Assembly (NCBI GenBank): GCA_043813875.1 | Contig: JBDRKP010000060.1 | Span: 1 to 18,983 of the forward strand | Source of the DNA: an archaeon | Lineage (GTDB): Archaea; EX4484-52; B79-G9 | Length of the DNA: 18,983 bases | Reading direction: 5' to 3' | Shown here: piece after piece, positions 1 to 8,091 of the stretch | Layout of the letters: each line of letters starts with the position of its first letter | Numbering within the stretch: the stretch's first letter is position 1 | Position numbers and translations under genes: made by a program | The notes under the pieces: generated by a model | Database searches by the model: none | What the model was told of the DNA's origin: nothing | The model's input: the letters and a program-made list of their open reading frames with translations, nothing else

Positions 1-140
1 ATTTTGAGATGAAGCAGGAGTATATTGACCATACAGTCTAACATTGCGATTATCACCCTCTCTAATTCTCAAATTAGGGTAGAAAATGTCCTTGTTTTGT
101 GGATATTTTGCAAAACTTAAGGTTAAGCGGGAATTGCTGG
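1..140 (-). mobile_element. Possible end of an inserted (IS-like) element carrying the start of its own ORF (ATG at 44, partial)
   Basis: Repeat homology is lost abruptly at about 141. A strong RBS (GAGGGTGAT, 60..52) precedes ATG at 44 (MLDCMVNILLLHLK...) in a different frame, and a hairpin at 55..80 overlaps the RBS. No transposase sequence or second end is visible. Confidence 0.3.
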
Positions 141-228
141 TATTTGTATAATTCTCCGATAGGCAACGTCCACCTCTTTTTCTGGCAACATCCTGCATAT
201 CGGACAGATTTAATCGTTTCATAATCAT
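141..228 (-). pseudogene. 5' fragment of a zinc-ribbon-repeat-type gene, apparently interrupted at about position 141
   Basis: Manual translation from ATG 228 gives MIMKRLNLSDMQDVARKRGGRCLSENYTN. This matches the start of the xLxxxDMQxxAxxRGGxCLSxxYxN repeat, which normally continues to W-x-C-x-x-G-H...W-C-P-x-C. That continuation is absent, although the frame stays open to position 1. Confidence 0.55.
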
Positions 229-253
229 GAGTTGATGTTTAGATTTTTAAAGA

Positions 254-487
254 TTGAGAAATATAACAAAAAATGTGATTGAAGCTATAATTGCGATGAT
301 TACAGTTTGTAGCGTTCTCTTTAATCATATTGTTAAGTATCACGAGAGATGTGAACTCAACAATAAACGTGCTCTTGTTGTAGAAATAACAGATGTTGCG
401 AATCAATGTGCGTATATGGGTGCTACTGGATTCGCGAATGATCTCAACAAAGTACGTGACCAAATTATTTCTGTTTATCATCTCTGA
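254..487 (+). CDS. Hypothetical 77-aa protein or gene remnant
   Basis: Open frame with protein-like composition, but it has a TTG start, no RBS, no recognisable motif, and lies only 25 bp from the divergent start at 228. Confidence 0.25.
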   Translation: MRNITKNVIEAIIAMITVCSVLFNHIVKYHERCELNNKRALVVEITDVANQCAYMGATGFANDLNKVRDQIISVYHL

Positions 488-622
488 ACAAATTTAAGAC
501 ATTCTATAATCAAAGCACTGCGAAACCACCTCCGCCACCATCAGCCAATATGCCAAAAAAACAAAAAAATCAACCCAAAAATATAAAAAGCGATACGATA
601 CAACAATATCTCTCGACATATT

Positions 623-644
623 TAGACCGATTATAGACCGATTA
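623..644. repeat. Perfect 11-bp tandem direct repeat (TAGACCGATTA x2)
   Basis: 623..633 and 634..644 are identical, about 105 bp upstream of the CLC start. Confidence 0.85.
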
Positions 645-748
645 ATTTCTTAGCACCACAAGAATATGAAAAAAGCAAACACAATCGCCATCACACACAT
701 CTTGTCCTGCTAGGCACAGAACAGATCATAAAGTGCATATTATAAACG

Positions 749-2608
749 ATGACACAAATGGACATAACAACAAAAAACGAGTTCCGCGTATTGAAATGGC
801 TACAGATAAACATCCTTGCGATAATGGCGGGCATAATCGGCGGCCTTAGCGCAATAGTATTCAAATCCATGATCACCTTCAACCATCATCTGTTCTACGA
901 CATCATCCGCCCAAACCTTTCAGCAAACAATCTCATCATAATCATAATCCCCGCAATCGGGGCACTCATCTCCGGCATAATAATAAACAAGTACAGCATA
1001 GAATCAAAAGGCCACGGCATTCCGAATGTCATGATGGCGATAGAGATAAACAAAAGCATGATCAGAAAACGCGTTGCATTCATAAAAGCCATAACATCAT
1101 CAATAACAATCGGCAGCGGCGGGAGCGCAGGAAGCGAAGGTCCTATAGCGCAGATAGGATCATCCATCGGCTCGATGGTAGGGCAGGTATTCAACCTCTC
1201 CGAAAGAAAGACCCGCCTCCTCACAGTAGCAGGCCTCTCCGCAGGCATAGCCGCCACCTTCAACGCGCCCTTAGGCGGCGCAATATTCGGCCTTGAACTC
1301 CTCCTCTACACATTCAACGTGATAGACATCATGCCGATAATGCTCGCATCAGTTGTCGGCACCGCAGTTACAGCCCAATATTACGGCTACGAGCCGATAC
1401 TTGGCAAAATACTATTCAGCTTCAACCCCTCAGAGCTCCCTTTATACATGCTCCTCGGACTGGTTGCTGGCATCGGCTCAGTGATATTCATAAAATTCTT
1501 CTACTTCCTGGAAGACAGATTCACGACCTTAAAAATGCCTGAAAGCATAAAACCGATGCTCGGAGCACTTGTCACAGGTCTAGTAGGATTCTCTCTCATA
1601 GAATACGGCATATACGGCATCGGCTACGAAGGCATAATACAGGCGCTCAACGGCTCCATAACATTTAAATTATTCCTGATCCTTTTCGCTGCAAAAATAA
1701 TCGCAACCTCATTCACAGTCGGCTCTGGAGGCTCTGGCGGCGTATTTGCGCCATCGCTCTATATCGGCGCAATGCTAGGCGGCGCTTTCGGATACACATT
1801 CCACGCAATATTTCCAGGTCTCGTGACGCAGCCGATGGCATACGTACTGCTCGGCATGGGCGCATTCTTCGCATCAGTAGGCAAAGCCCCCCTGACCTGC
1901 ATAATAATGATCCCGGAGATAAGCGGCGACTGGGCAATGATAGCCCCGCTGATGACAGCAGTCATCATAAGTTACGCAACATCATCCCTCTTCTTAGGCA
2001 AATCATCGATATACACAATAAAACTCGAAAGGCTGGGCTTAAAAAGACAGAGCAAGCACTACATCAAAGACTTCCACAAGACAAAAGTGAAAGACATCAT
2101 GACCGAAGAGAGACTGATAACAGTAAGCCCGGATATGCCTGTCGAAAAAGTATATGAGTTCATAATCCAGCACAAGAAACTAAGATATCCTGTGACCGAA
2201 AATGGCAATATATCAGGCATCTTGACATTCCACGATTACAAAAGCCTTGCCAACATAACAAAAGAACTCAAAGTGAGAGACATCATGAAAACAGCAAATA
2301 TAGTCCCACCCAACCTCACAATCGACGAAGTTTTCGACATATTCTCATCAACAAACATAGGAAGCGTCCTTGTAGCAGAGAATGGCAGATTGATGGGAAT
2401 AGTCACAAAAACCGACCTACTGAGAGCCTACAAAAACGTAAAGGCAAGCTCAGATGATGAAGACAAATACAAGCTGGAGATGAACTGGATGATTAACGAG
2501 CTTGAGAAATACACAAAAATCGAGCTGTCGCGCATGATGAACCTCGAAAAAGAGATCATGGCGAAATTCAAGTCAAAGAAAAACAAAAAACAAAAAGAAT
2601 CACATTAA
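749..2608 (+). CDS. CLC-family chloride channel/transporter with C-terminal CBS pair
   Basis: CLC motifs GHGIP, GSAGSEGP, FNAPLGG..F..E, GGVFAPSL and SIY; many TM helices; two CBS domains (VKDIMT..., VRDIMK...GIVTKTDLL). Confidence 0.95.
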   Translation: MTQMDITTKNEFRVLKWLQINILAIMAGIIGGLSAIVFKSMITFNHHLFYDIIRPNLSANNLIIIIIPAIGALISGIIINKYSIESKGHGIPNVMMAIEINKSMIRKRVAFIKAITSSITIGSGGSAGSEGPIAQIGSSIGSMVGQVFNLSERKTRLLTVAGLSAGIAATFNAPLGGAIFGLELLLYTFNVIDIMPIMLASVVGTAVTAQYYGYEPILGKILFSFNPSELPLYMLLGLVAGIGSVIFIKFFYFLEDRFTTLKMPESIKPMLGALVTGLVGFSLIEYGIYGIGYEGIIQALNGSITFKLFLILFAAKIIATSFTVGSGGSGGVFAPSLYIGAMLGGAFGYTFHAIFPGLVTQPMAYVLLGMGAFFASVGKAPLTCIIMIPEISGDWAMIAPLMTAVIISYATSSLFLGKSSIYTIKLERLGLKRQSKHYIKDFHKTKVKDIMTEERLITVSPDMPVEKVYEFIIQHKKLRYPVTENGNISGILTFHDYKSLANITKELKVRDIMKTANIVPPNLTIDEVFDIFSSTNIGSVLVAENGRLMGIVTKTDLLRAYKNVKASSDDEDKYKLEMNWMINELEKYTKIELSRMMNLEKEIMAKFKSKKNKKQKESH

Positions 2609-3531
2609 TCGATAAAAATAGGGTTTTTAGAATTCTCACGATCAAGATTATATTGAACTATAGGTCGATAATGCAACGCATCTTCACACATTTCATCTAA
2701 TTTCAACGCAAAATCAATAGAGTCCAAAGATTCCTGTGTCTTACCCAAATAATTAAGGATTATTCCTTTCAGGCACCATGTTAGCGGATATGCATCATAT
2801 AACCCTAATGCTTTATCAACAGCATCAAGAGCAGGTTCGCATTCTCCCTTTTCTAGCAAATAAGTCGCAATAGCAAAGTAAGCTGCATGAAAGTCCGCAT
2901 TTTTAGGCAATATTTTAATGTATCTCTCTTTTATTTCATTTTCTATGAATCCACCCGTCGATTCCCAATAAATATCCTTTTTTTCATCCTTGTATGACAG
3001 AAGAGTATGCGCAGGAGGATGCACTAATACAAAGGAGCAGTTTTTGGATAACCCAAGTTCATCTAGAACAGACATATAAATCATAGAGGAAATATCGCAA
3101 TCACGGGTTGGTTTTGCGCTAATAAGACCTTCAGAAAGTAGATAAACGCCTTCGCTTTCAAGACGAGTATCACGCCACAAGACATTACCAATAACATATA
3201 ACGGGATTCTGGACTTTTCTTCGATATCCTCCTTATAATCATCCCAATGAGATTCCACATATCTTATATTTTTTATAGAACCAATAATTATTTTATCAAG
3301 TGCATCATAACAAGAGTCTGGAACTTTTTCAACTCCCAGGTACTCTCTTTCAATATCCAGAACACGATGACCAAAATTGCTTGCAGAAACTGTACTGATG
3401 CCCCATTCGTTAAGCATAGCTTCAACAGAATTTCCAATATCATATTTGCCTACCAGATAATTGGTTCCCAGTAACCCTAAAGAACCACCAAATATTCCAC
3501 CTAAAAATGCTCTTCGATTTACATCCCACAT
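2605..3531 (-). CDS. Twin-arginine-motif, transglutaminase-like (SirB1-like) domain plus TPR protein
   Basis: N-terminal NRRAFL followed by a hydrophobic stretch; core RDCDISSMIY...PAHTLL...YWEST; C-terminal TPR-like helices (ALDAVDKALGL..., WCLKGIILNYLG...ALKLD). Convergent 4-bp overlap with the CLC stop. Confidence 0.75.
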   Translation of the reverse strand: MWDVNRRAFLGGIFGGSLGLLGTNYLVGKYDIGNSVEAMLNEWGISTVSASNFGHRVLDIEREYLGVEKVPDSCYDALDKIIIGSIKNIRYVESHWDDYKEDIEEKSRIPLYVIGNVLWRDTRLESEGVYLLSEGLISAKPTRDCDISSMIYMSVLDELGLSKNCSFVLVHPPAHTLLSYKDEKKDIYWESTGGFIENEIKERYIKILPKNADFHAAYFAIATYLLEKGECEPALDAVDKALGLYDAYPLTWCLKGIILNYLGKTQESLDSIDFALKLDEMCEDALHYRPIVQYNLDRENSKNPIFID

Positions 3532-3632
3532 AGCACCACAAATATAACAACCAGATAGTAGTATTTATTTATAAACATTTCGCTGAACTTCAATAAAAAT
3601 GCGATTTTTAAGAGAAAACGCATCGCAAACTA

Positions 3633-3640
3633 TTTATAAA
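3633..3640 (+). promoter_or_regulatory. Probable archaeal TATA box of glyS
   Basis: TTTATAAA ends 29 bp before ATG 3669. A second TTTATAAA at 3568..3575 is placed to serve the divergent gene. Confidence 0.5.
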
Positions 3641-3668
3641 TTACAGCAGGAATACACATAGTGATACA

Positions 3669-5219
3669 ATGGCAGACGAAAAAGAAAAAGTGACAATCGC
3701 AGAGATCACAAGATTCTGCAAAAGCACAGGCATGGTATTCCAGAACTCCGAGATATACGGCGGATTCGCCGGCTTCTGGGACTACGGCCCCCGCGGCGTC
3801 GAGATAAAGAACGCAATCAAACGCGAATGGTGGAAGACATTCGTCCAGCAGCGCGACGACATCGTAGGCATCGACGGCACGACAATCACGCACCCGAAAG
3901 TATGGATAGCATCCGGCCACGTAGAATCATTCTCAGACCCATTGCTGGAGTGCGTTAAGTGCAAGCAGCGCACAAGAGCAGACCACCTCATCGAAGACAA
4001 ACTTAAGATTCAGGTAGACGGCATCAATCTTGACCAGGTAAACGCCCTTGTCAAAAAACACAACCTCAAATGCCCGTATTGCGGCGGCGCACTCCTCGAC
4101 GCGCGCAAGTTCAACCTCATGTTCAAGACCCACGTCGGTCCCATCGAAAACGACTCAAATGTCGCATACTTAAGGCCGGAAACCGCGCAGGTGATATTTG
4201 CTGACTTCAAGCAGGTCGCAGACATATCAAGACTTAAACTACCATTCGGCATAGCGCAGATAGGAAGAGCATACAGGAACGAAATCTCCCCTAGAGACTT
4301 CCTCTTCAGGTCAAGAGAATTCGAGCAGATGGAAATCGAATACTTCGTCCACCCCGAAAAACTAAAAGAATGCCCGTACCTCACAAAAGACACCTTAAAA
4401 CAGAAGATAAGGATATACTCTGCCATAGCTCAGGAACAAGACACAGAAGACGCCGTAATGACACTCAAGGAAGCTATGGACGAAGAGATAATCAAGAGCC
4501 CTTGGCTTGCATACTTCTTGAGCGAGCAATACAACTGGTTCACAGCACTCGGCATCTCTGAAAAAAACCTGCGTCTAAGACAGCACAAGGAAGAAGAGTT
4601 AGCGCATTACGCAAAAGGATGCTTCGACATAGAATACAGGTTTCCTTTCGGCTGGAAAGAGATCCATGGGATGGCTGACAGATCATCATTCGACCTCACC
4701 CAGCACATGGCATACTCCAAAAAAGACCTGAGCATATTTGACGAGGAAGACAAGAAAAAAATAGTCCCGTGCGTCGCAGCAGAACCGTCGCAGGGAGTCG
4801 ACCGCGCATTCCTCGCATTCATAATCGACGCGTACACGCAAGAGAAAGACAGGTTCCTCCTGAAACTGGACCCACGCCTCGCTCCGCTGAACGTCGCCGT
4901 ATTCCCGCTCATGAAAAAAGACGGCCTGAAAGAAAAGGCAGAAGAAGTCCACAACATGCTCAAAAAGCACATGATATCATTCTTCGACGCATCAGGATCA
5001 GTCGGAAAAAGATACGCAAGGATGGACGAAATTGGATGCCCTTACTGCGTGACAATCGACTACGACAGCCTCAAGAACAACGACGTCACATTGAGGGACC
5101 GTGACACGACAAAACAGGCAAGAATACCAATCAAAAACCTGAAAGACACACTGACAAGACTTCTAAGTGGAGAAATAATATTTGAAAAAGCAGGCATACT
5201 CAAGGCATCAGATAAATGA
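3669..5219 (+). CDS. glyS: Glycine--tRNA ligase (class II, homodimeric archaeal/eukaryal type)
   Basis: EIYGG..GFWDYGPRG, YLRPETAQ, GIAQIGRAYRNEISPR, REFEQME, ELAHYA, EPSQGVDR; anticodon-binding domain GSVGKRYARMDEIG; CxxC...CxxC insertion. Confidence 0.97.
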   Translation: MADEKEKVTIAEITRFCKSTGMVFQNSEIYGGFAGFWDYGPRGVEIKNAIKREWWKTFVQQRDDIVGIDGTTITHPKVWIASGHVESFSDPLLECVKCKQRTRADHLIEDKLKIQVDGINLDQVNALVKKHNLKCPYCGGALLDARKFNLMFKTHVGPIENDSNVAYLRPETAQVIFADFKQVADISRLKLPFGIAQIGRAYRNEISPRDFLFRSREFEQMEIEYFVHPEKLKECPYLTKDTLKQKIRIYSAIAQEQDTEDAVMTLKEAMDEEIIKSPWLAYFLSEQYNWFTALGISEKNLRLRQHKEEELAHYAKGCFDIEYRFPFGWKEIHGMADRSSFDLTQHMAYSKKDLSIFDEEDKKKIVPCVAAEPSQGVDRAFLAFIIDAYTQEKDRFLLKLDPRLAPLNVAVFPLMKKDGLKEKAEEVHNMLKKHMISFFDASGSVGKRYARMDEIGCPYCVTIDYDSLKNNDVTLRDRDTTKQARIPIKNLKDTLTRLLSGEIIFEKAGILKASDK

Positions 5220-5296
5220 GCAAACATCAACAAAAACCAAGATGCATTGAGTATTGGAAAGGCACATCACCCAAATTTCAGTGCCTTTACTACAGA

Positions 5297-5716
5297 TCAA
5301 TCAACTAGCAATATCTTCTGCATCGCGATTCCCACATTCCAATACTTGAAAAATTCCTGGATATCATTAAGATTTACAGCAGGTATCAGAAGACAACCGC
5401 GCCCAAGCTTCTTGCCCTTCAGCTTCTGGAGAATCCCAATCTGGTTTGTCCTGCCTGTAAGCGCATACGAAAACTGCACCTTTTTCACATTAGACTTATC
5501 ATTAAGCTTATAATACACAATATAAGCCTCTCTCCTGCTGGGCCTGTTAAGAGAATTACGAAGTTTCAGATTGTCAGGCGAACTTTTTTCAGGCTCAAGA
5601 AGAGATCCTCTCCGCTTCGCCAACGTCTCGCCAACAGGAGTATCTAATTTCCTCTGGTTTTCACTTAAAACACCCTTCTTCAACAGGTCAAGCTCATCCT
5701 TCAATTTCATATCCAT
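5297..5716 (-). CDS. Hypothetical protein with a charged low-complexity N-terminus and a predicted ferredoxin-like (Cas2/PaaX-like) C-terminal domain
   Basis: Start moved to ATG 5716 because a GAGGT RBS lies just upstream. The C-terminus YIVYYKL...KKVQFSYALTGR...GKKLGRGCLLIP...IQEFFKYWNV resembles, from memory, the domain appended to some archaeal minimal nucleotidyltransferases. Confidence 0.7.
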   Translation of the reverse strand: MDMKLKDELDLLKKGVLSENQRKLDTPVGETLAKRRGSLLEPEKSSPDNLKLRNSLNRPSRREAYIVYYKLNDKSNVKKVQFSYALTGRTNQIGILQKLKGKKLGRGCLLIPAVNLNDIQEFFKYWNVGIAMQKILLVD

Positions 5717-5794
5717 ATAACAACCTCTCAAGATAAAATTAAATCTGAACTATATATGTTTTTTGCATCATCTCACAATCATATATCTACGTAA

Positions 5795-6568
5795 TCATTC
5801 AAACGAGAGCCGGATATCCTTTTGAAGAAACGTTTTGATCTTATCGACAACCGATTCTTTAGGCGGTTCCTGCTCTAACAATTTATAAGCAATATTCCTT
5901 ATCTGTTTTGAGACAGATGCATGCGGCGAATGGACAACAACCGGCGTCCGGTATGCTATCGCTTCCCTGACCTTTCTGTGATTCCTGATAGTCGCTAAAA
6001 CAGGCAGCTCCAAAAAAAGCTCAACCTCCTTAGCCGACATCTCATGCTTCTCAGACATCCTCTTGTTTATTATTGTCCCTAAAATCTTCTTGTTTTTCTT
6101 CAGAGCAAGTTTCTTGGCGCTGATGGCTCCAAGAACAGCAGTATACTCCGGATTCGTCACCAGGATAACCTCATCCGACGCATCTATCGCAGCCTCCACT
6201 TCCTCACTTACCCCGGCTGCAGCATCTATGAGTATGATATCAGAATTCCCAAGCAACCTTGAAATCTGGTTCTTCAGGCCGCCATAATTCGCCTCAATCT
6301 CCCCGATACTTGCAGGGATTACCGTAAAGCCCTCCTTATAGCGATACATGGCCTGCGTAATAAACGCATCTTCTTTCAACACATCATTGAGAGACACAGG
6401 ATTGACAGCAGGCATCCCCAGATGTATTCCAAGATTAGCAGAAGTCACATTTCCGTCAATCACAATGACATTTTTCTCAAGATTGACAAGAGCAGCACCT
6501 AGATTAGAGACAAGAGTGGTCTTTCCAACTCCTCCTTTCCCGGAAATAACAGAAATCACTTTAGTCAT
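5795..6568 (-). CDS. minD: MinD/ParA-family ATPase (archaeal MinD-like)
   Basis: Deviant Walker A SGKGGVGKTT, VIDGN, ILIDAAAG, LVTNPE and IINK motifs; amphipathic C-terminus VVDKIKTFL. Confidence 0.9.
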   Translation of the reverse strand: MTKVISVISGKGGVGKTTLVSNLGAALVNLEKNVIVIDGNVTSANLGIHLGMPAVNPVSLNDVLKEDAFITQAMYRYKEGFTVIPASIGEIEANYGGLKNQISRLLGNSDIILIDAAAGVSEEVEAAIDASDEVILVTNPEYTAVLGAISAKKLALKKNKKILGTIINKRMSEKHEMSAKEVELFLELPVLATIRNHRKVREAIAYRTPVVVHSPHASVSKQIRNIAYKLLEQEPPKESVVDKIKTFLQKDIRLSFE

Positions 6569-6653
6569 AGAATGATTCTACCTCAAACAATAATTAATTT
6601 TCATACTATATATGCTTTACGGAGAAATCAGAAAACTGCCAAAAGAACCCAAT

Positions 6654-7355
6654 CTACTTAAAAGACGTATGACTATGAGCCGCCTCATAATCACTCAGCC
6701 GTCCTACATCCACCCAATAACCGTCAAACGGATAACCGGAAAATCTGCTACCGCTTGCAAGTACCTTCGGTATGACATCATCTGTAAGATTTATCACAGA
6801 CTGATCCTCATTTTCCGGTATGAACTTGAATATCTCCGGCTCCAGAACAAATATCATGGTTCCTGCAAGATGAACAAAAACCGGCTTTTCTAAAAACTCA
6901 TTGACACTTGAATCTTCATTGAGCTTATATATCCCGTACTCCAACTTGTTCTCAAGCTTGAACAGCGCAACAGTACCCACGGACTTACTTTTCTTATGGA
7001 AATCAATAAACTTAGCCAAATCAAGAGTCGTCAGATTGTCGCCGCCAATCAGAATAAACGTATCATCCAGCACATCCTTGATCAGATTAAGACAACCGGC
7101 AGTCCCAAGCGGCTTTTTTTCTTCAATGTATTTTATATTCACACCAAGATCCTTGCCATCATTAAAATAAGTCTTTATTTGATATCCAAGATAACCGATA
7201 GTCAGATAAATATCAGTTATGCCATACCTCTTAAGGTAGAGGATTATATGCTCAAGCATAGGTCTCTCATTTATCGGCAACAGCGGCTTAGGGATTGCAT
7301 AAGTCAAAGGTCGCAGCCTAGTACCTTTTCCGCCTGCAAGAATTACTGCCTTCAT
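6654..7355 (-). CDS. Sugar-phosphate nucleotidyltransferase (mannose/glucose-1-P NTP-transferase family, no LbH tail)
   Basis: MKAVILAGGKGTRLRPLT..PKPLLPI, EEKKPLGTAG, GGD, FLEKP, YWVDVG. Confidence 0.93.
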   Translation of the reverse strand: MKAVILAGGKGTRLRPLTYAIPKPLLPINERPMLEHIILYLKRYGITDIYLTIGYLGYQIKTYFNDGKDLGVNIKYIEEKKPLGTAGCLNLIKDVLDDTFILIGGDNLTTLDLAKFIDFHKKSKSVGTVALFKLENKLEYGIYKLNEDSSVNEFLEKPVFVHLAGTMIFVLEPEIFKFIPENEDQSVINLTDDVIPKVLASGSRFSGYPFDGYWVDVGRLSDYEAAHSHTSFK

Positions 7356-7453
7356 AACAAATCATACTTTATATTACTTTATTGTATACTCGAAATCAAA
7401 CTATAAATAGTTTACTATAACCCAGTAAAATATTTATTGAACACCAGAAAATC

Positions 7454-7744
7454 TCAAAGATAAATAAGCACAATTACTATCGACAGAAGATACACAACGC
7501 CATAAGCAACAACCTGGTTCATTGAAACCTTTAGATTATCCCTGATCCTGTTCTCAATCTTTCGGTCAATCACAGATGAAAACACGTACGTATACAAAAA
7601 CAACAAGACAAAACGCAATGCACTTCCAAGAAAAGGCCCATAGACCGAAAACGAAATCACAAACAACACGATAAAAATCGTAAGCTTCCTTGTAGTCACT
7701 TCAATAAACTCCTTAATCCACTTTAAAATATCCATTTTCATCAT
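7454..7744 (-). CDS. Small membrane protein (about 3 TM)
   Basis: 96-aa ORF with three hydrophobic segments, co-oriented with the downstream genes. Confidence 0.7.
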   Translation of the reverse strand: MMKMDILKWIKEFIEVTTRKLTIFIVLFVISFSVYGPFLGSALRFVLLFLYTYVFSSVIDRKIENRIRDNLKVSMNQVVAYGVVYLLSIVIVLIYL

Positions 7745-7861
7745 ACATCCAAAAACTCAATGATACAACCTGATTTATAAGACACACAACATAATTGCTC
7801 AAATATTCAAATAATCTGTATCCACCCATATATATATTTAATTAAGAAGCGACAGCCGTCA

Positions 7862-8002
7862 TCATTCAGGAATATCTTCATCTTCACGCCTCCACGCAGG
7901 ATCCACGATGCACAAAAAAACCAAATCATCATCCCCGACATTCTTTATCCTCTGCCTCGAGTTTGGAGGAATATAGATTGCCTGCCCTGCTCTGACTTCC
8001 AA
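7862..8002 (-). pseudogene. C-terminal half of a cupin-domain protein (5'-truncated)
   Basis: Manual translation LEVRAGQAIYIPPNSRQRIKNVGDDDLVFLCIVDPAWRREDEDIPE* contains cupin motif 2. It is preceded by an in-frame TAG (8005..8003), and motif 1 is missing. Confidence 0.8.
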
Positions 8003-8091
8003 CTAATCAACGACACATAAAAAAATATATATCTTACGCGCGACCCGACAGAACAGCAACTTAATTAAACATATCAACCCCTACCTAACAC

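Noticed and set aside
239..481. 80-aa minus-strand ORF
   Set aside because: No motif or RBS, and it is antisense to an equally weak plus-strand ORF.
5297..5716. True cas2 gene
   Set aside because: The resemblance is only at fold level; it lacks the typical N-terminal YD motif, and no cas1 or array is nearby.
7398..7413. Palindrome AAACTAT-AA-ATAGTTT upstream of the nucleotidyltransferase
   Set aside because: It is almost entirely A/T and overlaps a TATA-like sequence, so it is plausible by chance.
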